A DNA stretch of 64,000 bases from Lytechinus pictus (lineage: Eukaryota), in contig NC_087259.1 of the NCBI RefSeq assembly GCF_037042905.1, forward strand, positions 21,142,001-21,206,000, in the 5' to 3' direction. This document shows positions 13,624 to 24,465 of the stretch, piece after piece. Within the stretch, counting starts at the first letter, position 1, and each line of letters starts with the position of its first letter. The notes below the pieces were generated by a model, which saw only the letters and a list, made by a program, of their open reading frames with translations, did not search any database and was not told the origin of the DNA. A program made the position numbers and the translations under genes.

Positions 13624-14461
13624 GGGGCTGGTGGTGGGCGCGTCTGGGAGGTGGAGGTAGTGAGGCCGGGAAGGAACAGCTGAGAGGGTGGTCGGAGATA
13701 AACGACTCCGTCTTGCCGATGTCGAGGTTGAGTTCGAGGGCGATGTCGGGTAACCTCCTGTCGAGGTCGAAGACGAGGTGTTGGCACCCGGAAGGCTGTG
13801 GGATGTTGACTTGCGCTCGAGTGGCCGACAGTCGTTGACAGGGATTGATGAATGGTTGGATGACCCACTTGTTGCTTGGTGATGGTAATCGTGGTCGTGG
13901 CGGGGCTGACGAAGACGATGATGATGGTGATTCCCTGCTCGGTGATGGAAGTTGGAAGTTTCGTCGGTCCCGAAGGAGAGATTTCTTGGTGGGGTGAGAA
14001 CGGGACTCCTGCTGCGTGGAGCTGCCTGATCTTGTTGGCTGGGTGGTTGACCCCCACTCTCGGCTCCTTGAGAATTTCACACAAAATAAAACACAACACA
14101 GTAGCAAAATATATATCCACAATACGTTCTGATTATATTCCAAGATTAAAAGTGGTTTGATAGTGTCACAGGGATGTGGAAAAGTATAATCCCAGCCGAT
14201 TGGATCCAACGCAATCACAGCGTTCTGCGGCTGTGAATTCACTAATAGTTTGCCAACAAGTTCCGCAGTGGGAAAGTTATGCGGTGTTCCTACTGTTGGG
14301 CTTAGGGAGTACGACTCCTCTACGTCAACTGCAGTTTCTGGCAGGATTGCTTGTTTCTTACTGCACAACGCAATGAGTAGCAGGTCTGCCGCAACTATCA
14401 CGGCCCATCGGATAGAGTGACTATGACTGACTTCCGCTCGATTCATTTCCACACGGTACAT
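13595..14461 (-). CDS. Putative 288-aa upstream ORF (hydrophobic N-terminal segment plus TM helix) overlapping the FAM78 start
   Basis: ATG-started and intact; hydrophobic WAVIVAADLLLIALC and VLWIYILLLCCVLFCV followed by KFSRSR; C-ending codon bias around LVFDLDRRLPDIALELNLDIGK. No homologue recognised. Confidence 0.4.
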   Translation of the reverse strand: MYRVEMNRAEVSHSHSIRWAVIVAADLLLIALCSKKQAILPETAVDVEESYSLSPTVGTPHNFPTAELVGKLLVNSQPQNAVIALDPIGWDYTFPHPCDTIKPLLILEYNQNVLWIYILLLCCVLFCVKFSRSREWGSTTQPTRSGSSTQQESRSHPTKKSLLRDRRNFQLPSPSRESPSSSSSSAPPRPRLPSPSNKWVIQPFINPCQRLSATRAQVNIPQPSGCQHLVFDLDRRLPDIALELNLDIGKTESFISDHPLSCSFPASLPPPPRRAHHQPHGLYIIQTE

Positions 14462-17400
14462 AGTGCCTGGCTAGCTCTCCGAGCTCCTATAGACGGGTGA
14501 GGAAGTAGTAATCAAGTTGAGTTGTTGAGGCAACGATGAGCTGGCATAACCCTCCAAACCAAATGACAACCTGCTACAGCAGCTTGCATCATCTGTAGAG
14601 AACATCGCTGGATCCTTAGCTAGAGACCGGGGACCCACAGTTGACCCACGATCAACGAAGACTCTCAACCTTTTCAAACTCCGCGCGATAAAATCTCCGT
14701 CACACACCGGAAGGCGAAAGAACAGAAACTAAAAAATTCGTCGAATCATGCAGCGATAACTCGAAAAGTGATCATTCCTCGAAAATAAGTATTCCTTTGC
14801 AATAGTTCATCAAGCTCTAACCCTCCATATGGCGATAAGTTGATTGACAATGTCCCGCGACCAAGTTACAAACAAGACAGACCTCACGGGCACACCAGTT
14901 ACCAGTATATTTCTACCAGTCCACCAGCATCTCGCGATAGAATGATAGCCGACGCTTCACCTTCCCGTGTGGTAGCGAATCTCCGACAGAAAATTGCCCG
15001 CTACGGCTCCGTACGATAAACACAAGGATTTATTCCAGACGAGAGATCTGGTAGAACGTTTTATCCCCTCAGCGAGAGAAACGAAGAGACAAACTTGTAT
15101 TTCTACTCCAACATACAGGATCTACCGCGGTCTAATCTGGTTTACGCATGATAATTACGAATCAGAAGGGTTTACAGCACAATGTCATATGTGTTTTTCG
15201 TTGGTAGGCAAAGCAAGAAAGAAACAGACTCCACATGCAAAGTACGTGGTGTAGACTTTGCATTTGCCACATGCAATATAAAAAAAAGCTTAGCGGCTCT
15301 CGACTTCGTATGTATGAAAAGGCCCATTCATCCGTGATGGACCGCAGCGGTGATGTTTGCTATTGGTATAGTGTTGGTATTTTATTAGTGAGAATGAGAA
15401 AGAGAGAAAGGGGAGAAGAGTCCGGATAGTTCAAGCATGGAGCAATAGCTCTATGGTTCAAGAATATCATTCAGGAGATCATTCCCGGGAGATCATATTA
15501 TTTCATCCTCTCAATTAACATTTTAAAGAAAAGAAATGAACAAATTTGATACGTCAGACTGACACTATACAGTCTCGACGTACATGTATTTACATTTATT
15601 TCTAAATGAAATTGTTCGTGCAAGCATAAATGTAAATTTACTTTTGTGAGATAATTCAATAAACTTTAACAATCTGAAAATATATGTCCTTCATTGTAAA
15701 CTTGACATTTAACTAGGGTATACAGTTCTCATTTGTCACGATTAATTGATTACTAGTACTCCAAATGAGCGGGGGGCGGGGTGCTAATTTGTTATCACAA
15801 CCTTCGTCTGAAATGTACACGGTGAGAAATGGGGAAACCCCCATCTTGCTGAATGGGAAACTCCCTTGAGTCTCATTTCCTTTCATGTTGAGAATCAGTG
15901 TGAAATTTTTTTCGAATGTTTTCTTTGTCAACGTTTAAATAATAAAACCCGTTAACCTTAATTGCGTTCTTTAATTACTTTAATCATATTTGACCGTAGG
16001 TCGACATTATGGTCTCTATCATCAGGGAACTTGCTCCAAGCATGGACCTATGAAGTAATAGATCCATGCTCCAAGCCATAATTTTGCCAATAAGTGATTG
16101 CACATGCTTATTGTTTCGCATCAATTATCGATGCTTATATTTTGTATGGAGGGATTGAATTGCACTTTGCAATCAATCGATAATAAAACCAGTTAGTCAT
16201 TTCCTGATTTGACATGTTTCGTTGTATGAATTTTGAGCATCATCGGGGGGGGGGGGCATGCCATGGGTCGATCCAGGATCGACCAGGAGGGGGTGGCGAG
16301 TGGAGTACGTAACAAATTCAGAAAAATAAAAATGATTAAAAAAAAATCAAATGTCATCACCAAATCCACCATTAAAGCAATTCGCATTAAAAAGATTAAA
16401 CAGATGACAATAAAGAATGGGTAGGTGTGCCCTTTGCCCCCACCCGAACATTGCTGAATCCTTCCCTGAAATGTGCCCCGAGACAAAATAATAATTATAT
16501 GTGACCTCTCCCACTTGAAATGATTGTATAATCTTTTCTTTAGTTCAGATTTTTTTTCTAAGAGACTGTGCCTTTGGGGACAAAAAAAATCCAGTAGAAA
16601 AATGTTGCCCCCGGCCCCCACTTCGCCCCCGACTGAGACTTTGCTTTTACTTGTATATAGGAGGTTGCTCTTGAATATCACATATTTAATAATGGACAGC
16701 AACCTCTCCAAGCGATAACTCTGACGAAATTCCTCCAATTTCAAGAGTATCGTATTTCTGCCGTTGAAACGGGCCTAGGAAACGGGTCAATTTTTTGTTT
16801 ACCATGGGGTTGGCATGGCACCGCACTACGTCAAGTTGCGTTGTGTGATGTGCACTAAAATATTTTAGGACGAGAAAATAAGACTCATTGAAAAGGTCAA
16901 CACAGACCGGGTTATACCACAGGGCCATTATGTATCGTCAAGCCGATATCATCAGTTCAAACCGTCTCTCAAAACTCAATTATTTCAGCAGATGTGTATA
17001 ATTAGCTTAATTGGATGAGCCTGTGCTTATGAATGTTTTTTTAGCAGAAATATGGCGCAATTTAAATGCTGTGGATCATCATCATCATCAAAGAATGTAA
17101 AACAAGATGATGGATGTTTTATTTATCATCTCGTCGGGCATGATTTTACTCATTTTCTTATTCTTTTACTCACTTGCCTTCTGTTTGTTTGTGAATTTAT
17201 GAAATAATTCTACACTGAATTTGATTTGTATATACATGTAATAATGATTATGTCAAAATGTCAATTTGTGTTACCACGGGGGAATGTTGGTTTTTAATGA
17301 ATTGTAATGAATCGAAGGGGAGCAGTATTTTCCATTTTGATATGTCCTCAAATCAAATGGTCAGTCATTATCATGATTTTTTGTTATCACTCGTCTTCCA

Positions 17401-17548
17401 TCGTAAACGACCTAGCCGTCAGAAACACTTAAATGGGACTAGAATTGTTATCTGGATTCTTTCTCTTTTTGGCTATAGAGGATGGGCACATGGGTGGCGT
17501 CAAGGTATATTGCAATGGAAAAACAGGGGTAAGTATATATATAGTTAA

Positions 17549-18131
17549 AGGACAAGTCCACCCCAACAAAAAGTTGATGTGAATAAAAAGAGAAAAATCC
17601 AACAAGCATAACACTGAAAATTTCATCTAAATCGGATGTAAAATAAGAAAGTTATGACATTTTAAAGTTTCGCTTAATTTTACAAAACAGTTATATGCAC
17701 ATCCTGGTCGGTATGCAAATGAGGTGACTATGACGTCATCCACTCACTATTTCTTTTGTATTTTGTTATATGAAATATTCTAATTTTTCTCCTCATTGTC
17801 AAGTGATACAACGATTAATTCCTCCCTGAACATGTGGAATTAGCATTGTTTAATACCATATGGTTCAGTCAAGTTGATCCTAACTGTCAAATCTATATAA
17901 AAATGAAATATTGTATAATTCAAACAATAAAAAAAAGAAATAGTGAGTGATGGACATCATCGACTGACTCACCTAGTTGTGCATATCACTGTTTTGTGAA
18001 AAATAAGCGAAACTTTAAAATGTCATAACTTTCTTATTTTACATCCGATTTTGAGGAAATTTTCAGCACTATGCTAGTTTGATTTTTCTCTATGTATTCA
18101 AGTCAGCATTTTCCTGGAGTGGACTTGACCT
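17549..18131. mobile_element. Kolobok-type MITE
   Basis: TTAA on both sides; AG...CT termini (aggacaagtccac / gtggacttgacct); long imperfect inverted arms. Confidence 0.85.
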
Positions 18132-19559
18132 TTAACAACCCAGACGCCTCTTTGTATACTCTTCTCTCTTCTTTCTCGCCTTACTTCCCCTTTTCCTCCC
18201 CTTTCTGCTCTCTTTTTCACTAATTGAAGAATGGGTGGGCACCCCATGTCCCAAAGTAGTGCGACCCCTGTTTAAGCATGATAGGACCGATGCCCTTTTT
18301 ATCATCATGTTGTGACACAATTTTTTTTTTACAATCAGCCATAATTTGCGAGTTTCCAATATGCCAAATAAACCATTTGATTTTATTGAAAAGATGTAGT
18401 CATTGCATTTTCGAAGCTCGTCCTTACTTTGGAAAATAAAACCAAAAAGTGAAACTATCACAAAAGATGATGCAAACAAACTGACTCGAAACTTAAAAAG
18501 AAATTAGAATCTTGGAAGTCGAAAGCGTAGGTAGGTAATTTATTGTGTCACTTCTTTATAAATAAAAAACTGATTTGATAATTTGACTGATAATGGGGAA
18601 AACCTTAATTTGAAAGACATTTAAAAAACCGGGCAAATAACGCTTATAGGCCTTTATGCAATTTTATAAAAAAAGAAGAAGATCTTTTTACAATCTAGTT
18701 TTGTCTACCTAACGCATACCTTGAGAATCCGCATTAACGTGCTTATAAATATGTATATATACATACATACTATAACGCTTATATATACTATAACGCTTTT
18801 GTCATTCACTTATGATAAAGACAATATGTACTCGTCGAAAATTTGTGGACTTCAGTAAATTTTGTTGGATTAAAGCATGAAAGTTTCAACCTTGTTTCTC
18901 TTATATATATATATATATATATATTTGGGGGTGGGTTGGGGTGGGGCTATATTGAGGGAATGGGGTTGACAGGGGCTTCCAAAGTTTGAAATATTTTTTT
19001 TTCGGGACGGGGTTAATATTTCTTTTCTATTAAATTGTCATCGATATCACCGTTGATATCACCATATTATTTCAGAGACAGCTTAAGAAGGGACACCACC
19101 AAAGGGCCAATATGTTTTAAGGACACGCGTACTATAATAGTAGTCCCCTACATTATTTTTCCCCCTCTTTTTCCCTCATCAGTGCCAACTTGCGCGTGCT
19201 ATGTGCTATGTTATATCTTTTTTTTTATTACACCTGTATGTTCCCGATCCCCCATCTCCTTCATAAATATAATTTCAATGGCTTACGAATGCGTGAACTT
19301 TCGTTTTGTATCAATATCTCTTTGATTCAATTGCATGGTGATGCGATTCACATGCTAAGTGTAGTCTGTCTTTGAAAAGGGCTTTCAATAACACTAAATA
19401 GCATCTTGTCACGGAAACGCAGAAGTAACATCAATTCAATCGTGTAGTATTACATGAAAGACTTTCCCTGCATTTCGGATCCCATCTGGACAGAAAAAAA
19501 TAATTGAAAACTGCTAAATGAAATTACTCAACAACAACAACAGCATCAATTGCAGGAGG

Positions 19560-19930
19560 AATAGCATTATTCTTGATCCGCGCCTGATAACTGAGAGGGA
19601 GGCATTGACAAAGAAGAGTCCGTGCAGTTTAAAAGCCTGGTAACGCCAGCAGTATTGATAGAAAACATGCAACCAACTGTCCTTTCAAGAACATGACCAT
19701 AGTGGTCTGTAGAGCCTGCATTGCATCTATACGAAGATCAGGACTATCACCCATAAACTAAAATAGAAAAGGAGTGAACATAATTATTATGCATCCATCA
19801 TGCTCATAGCAAACTGAAATACTAAAGAGACTTGCTGGCTTCGCCACATGGAAGAAAACAGTAAGAATCCAATGTCACAAGTTCTCATGGTTCTAGTCCA
19901 AACACAAAACAGAAACGATTCATGGATCAT
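19560..19930 (+). mobile_element. Highly degraded RTE-like LINE fragment
   Basis: Frameshifted ..WLRHMEENS..P..QVL.. resembles the RTE ORF C-terminal LRWxGHV..M...R.PK.VL motif. Confidence 0.35.
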
Positions 19931-19974
19931 GATCATCATGACAATGAAAATATATATACATCATGAAGGGGCCG

Positions 19975-20125
19975 TGGAAGCGGGGGGGGGGGGGGGGGGC
20001 TGGGGTGCTTCAGCCCCCCACTTTTTTCCAAAACCGTAAACAAAAACGTAAAAATTATCATATGATTGTGATTTTTTGCATGGTCAGCCCCCCCCCTCAC
20101 TTTGAAAACCATTCCGCGGCCCCTG
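19975..20125. mobile_element. Short GC-rich hAT-like MITE
   Basis: aggggccgtggaa / ttccgcggcccctg termini with G/C runs; same family as 32425-32637. Confidence 0.6.
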
Positions 20126-22714
20126 TCATGTAGGCCCTAAGAAATTGATTACAATTGTAACAACTAAAGTAGTGCATCTTATAAAAAGACAAGTTTAAGA
20201 TCTTTGTAAATAAAGCGGATCCCCAAATTTCGTCGATCTATTTACAAAGATAATAAACAGACAAACAAATCTTGTCAATATTGACAAAGATCAGATTTTT
20301 TAAAAGTTGGCCGAAAATAATCAAATGGTACTATACTTCAAAACTCAGTTTGGATAGTGATGAAACAAGATTTAAATCAATGCAAAACACATCGAATCAC
20401 TATTTGTGAGCATCTATAAGTCGACTGTAATTGGCAATTTCTGAAACCAAGTTTTTGTTTGTTTGAAATTAAAGTATGCAGAGTTTTTGTAGGCATCGGT
20501 GAATAATATCATCCAATTAACTTCGGAGAGAACGGCATTGAAACTAAAATTGGATGTTACATTTTCTTTCACCATTTGAATTGATATATTTATTCAAATA
20601 CAGATAAATCAAAGTCTTATCACAGCTAAATTTTCATATTAATGGACTTAGATCCTTTCGGGAATAAACGTAGGATGGGGGGTCGGGTGTCCGGACACTT
20701 TATATTTTTGAAGCCTTCTTTTTTGTCTTTGGATTACACTAAAAATACGAAATCAATAGTTGTAATCATCTTCTATTTGGTTCTTTATAATATTTCCTGA
20801 CATTTTGTACTAAAAATTGATAAAACTTCCCCTGTAAATTGTTCCAAATGACTTTCTAAAATTGATCGTCCGGACACACAACCTGTCCGGACACACAACA
20901 ACTGGGTATATTACATATCTTACCTCTTTGCCCTTTTTGTGTTTTCTTTCGCTTTAAAAACCGGGAAAAATGTTCTCTCTTGCCCGATTGCTTTTCCATA
21001 TTTTTTTCTTAATCACCCGGTTTTGTTTTGAAATAATTCTAAAATGATCCTTTTAATCATATCCGATATTGCAGTTCTTTTCTTCTTTTTGCATGCCAGG
21101 TTTATATGATGATGATGATGATGATGACAGTCTTATTATTTATCAATCTACTAGCTACTACACGTTCTGTTTACAATACATCGATCACTTCCCACGAGTA
21201 CGACTGAAGCGCTTGTCGATTGTTACGTCATCAATGCCAATGTGCTTTGCGCGTTTGCGCACGTTTAGGGTATTTCCCTAACTATAAAACATGGTCCACA
21301 TGACGCTTCACATTTTAATGTGACAGATTTCTAATACATTTATATTGATCTTATAGCTGAAGAGTGAATGCTTCTGGATGCAGTTAGGTTTAAAATAAAT
21401 GGCCATTGATTTCCAGACTCTGTCCCTTTCTTTCGAAAAAAAAATGCATTATTAAGTCTCTCAAAACTTGAATCCGCTCAGGCATTTCATCAAAATTAAT
21501 TATGATGTGTGAAATTTTCAAGCATCATAACTGATATTTTAGGCTATCACCGTCATTAAACGAACAACTGACGAAGAGTTGCACCCCCGCCCCATAAAGA
21601 GAGAAGCTTAATTGCTCTGAAAAGATTCTGATCTAGCGCCATCTGATGTTGAAGAGGGGAGGGGGGGGGGGGCAGGGACATAGGGCAGGGGATGATTGTA
21701 CATCCGCGTGTAAATTGACATAATATAATCCGTTATGTATTTCTATATTATTTTATCTGCACATCATTTCATGAGATAAGAAAAATCATAAATAATAAGA
21801 CATGATAAATCAAATTTTTTACTTGTTTCCAAATTTTATTCAATCCTACTCAAAGTTGAATCTGTAAATACAGCATCACATTTGTATCCACGCGCCTCTC
21901 CCTGGTTCTCTTTCCCCAGTCCCACGTACAGAAGTAAGGTACATGTGTCTAACCTCTTTAAAAATATTCTATTAATCGGGATTTTCCGTTGTAGCAGTAT
22001 TGTTTACTATAAAATTCCATGATTGTATCAATCACAAAATGTAAAGAGGCCTGTAGTTTGCGGATTAATGGTCAGATAATGTCCAAAATATACCATGGTT
22101 TTGTGCCGAGTATGTGTGCTGCTGTGCCGCGTATGCTGTCGGTATACCGGTACATTGGCAGCGCAGTGACACTGTCTGTACATTGTACATTTGTGTGTGA
22201 CTGAGCTGCAGGCAATGACATTGTGCACTGCGTTTGTGCGACTGAGCTGAGGTCGGTAGTTTTAGTACGTTCTCAATTGAACATGGTGGTATGAATATGA
22301 TGAATGATTTGTGTAACTAATTTTCTGCTGTCCTTTCTTACTGTGCTGTGTACAATAAACTACAAATTGTCAATGGTGGCAGTGCAGTGCAGCATGCATT
22401 ATCCTAGACCAAAAGCTTCAGTCTCTGTATTTTGGTTGTTCCGCTGAACTACGTTGGCTCCACTCACCATACATAGACTGAAGGGGATGGGGCCCCGTAC
22501 CTACAGCCAACGTATAGTGAACTAGCGTTTTATAGATCGCGATTTAAAACTGTTTTTTAAGCAAAATTGAAAGTTTCATGGTTTCCATTATCAGGTAAAT
22601 ATAAATAACTTAAGTAATTGCATACCTTGGGCCGGAGTTATTGAAAAAAATCCTCTGGATGATTGAGAAATCTGTCATCTAAGACATTTTCACCTGACCT
22701 GACGGTTTTTCTTG

Positions 22715-22971
22715 CAAGTTGCCATCTTGAATGACGTCATTATCGCTATTAACTTAATGTCTCGAATCGATATATCGCGATTATAACTTGTACTAGTACT
22801 AGTATAACTAGTATCGTTTATCTTCGGTTTCGTTCGCATATGGAGCAGATCGTATAATATCGAAAGCAATATCGATATCACATTCGTGATTGTTGACGTT
22901 CGTTTGTAAATATTTTATAGTTTGGCTGCCATTTTGACCATTTTTATCGTGTTCAACCCAATTAAACATCG
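22715..22971 (+). promoter_or_regulatory. RPL28 promoter and non-coding exon 1 (possibly bidirectional)
   Basis: CRE TGACGTCA (~22732), TCGCGA, DRE TATCGATA (22870-22877), YY1-like GCCATTTT (~22928); donor CG|GTAAAG at 22972; acceptor CAG at 24459 just before the ATG. Confidence 0.65.
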
Positions 22972-24465
22972 GTAAAGTATATTTTTCATGCCTTTTTCAT
23001 CTATATCGTTTAAAGTATTTAAACATTGAGATATAAAGTTTTAAAAGTTTGTTGTTTATACATCCTTAGATTGTAAATTCGATGTGTAAAATTACATCAA
23101 ACTTTGGACTGTGAATTGACAAAAGGGAGGGAATGAGAACACATGCGAGCCCACACGTACACCCTACCGTCGGTAAATGGGGATTACAGTAAAATGTCAG
23201 AAATTGTTGAATAAATCCCCAGAAACGACGGTTATTCCTGTCTAGCATTATCCCTCCTGATCCTGTCAAGTGCAGTGTTGACTTTGTGTCATCTAGGATT
23301 CTAGCCAGTCGGCTTCTTGAGAGTAAAAATCATTTACTAACGTAGGCTTACTCTAAAATAAATGAAGCCAGGGAGTCCTTCCTATTCATCTGCGTGTACC
23401 GCAAAAAACCCTGAAACTTTCGCCCCCGAGATTTCTACTTTCCTTCTAAAACATCTAGCCATAAATCATGTACATAGGATATAACTTCATTTCCGACATT
23501 TCTACGCTCTCCTCGTTAGTTTTAAACAAGAATTCATAAAAAGATTAGAAAAAAAATTGACAAACAAAAACATTCTTCACAGTCATTAAGTTCCCATCCC
23601 CTTGATCCGCCAGTATAGGCCATGTGTCTAATGATTGGAATAGTTTCGTTATTACAAAAATTAGAGCAAAAATATTAGTTTACAAGAAATGGAGGTCATG
23701 TATTGGGATGTTAAAGAAAAGAAAGTCAAATAGTGTCACATGTTACTTTGTGTCCTTGTTTAGTTTAAAATCCATTTTGTGATTCTTTATGAGGAAGCCT
23801 GCAATTTTGGGCTTTTGCACAAAATATCTGAAACTCAACTTTTTCAACATTTTTATAACAGGCACTTCACTTGCTTACTTCTCCCTCACAATACACTACG
23901 AATTCAGTGAACTGCCACTTTTTATATTTCAATTTAATTGGTTTAACTCTGTCCAAGGTCACATTCTAAGTAGAAATACCTAATCTTTGTCTTTCCTAAT
24001 GAATCATTAACCCACCACAAAATATTGTGTAAAAATTTCATAGCAAGCCCCAAATCTTGAGGAGGCAGTCTTGTACAGTTAGGGGACATGGCCTTGTTGA
24101 TATGAAGGCTGAGTGCCTAAAAAAAGGCTAAATGTCAATTCTTGTTTATATTCATCATAGTTCAATTTTGATAGAACAAACGTAAATCAAAATCAAATAA
24201 AAGTATGAATTCCATCCACATCTCACTTTGGAATCAACCCCTTTTGCCTAAATGTCGGCCTTATCACTCAAACTCACTCTTGATATCTTGTTTTGTGAAT
24301 TCTGGCTGAACTAGCACAAGTTCAATTACATGCGCAATGTATTCAGTATGCAAATTTTTATCACTAATTTTATCCAGTTATGTTTTGAGTGTAGATTTTA
24401 GAGAAAAGTGTAGGCTAGGGTAGCCTCAGGAATTAACATTTTTTCTGTTATTTTCACAGGACAAA

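Noticed and set aside
13218-14120. 300-aa ORF as an independent gene
   Set aside because: Runs through the FAM78 exon out of frame and past its splice donor; no recognisable domain; less coding-like than the 288-aa frame.
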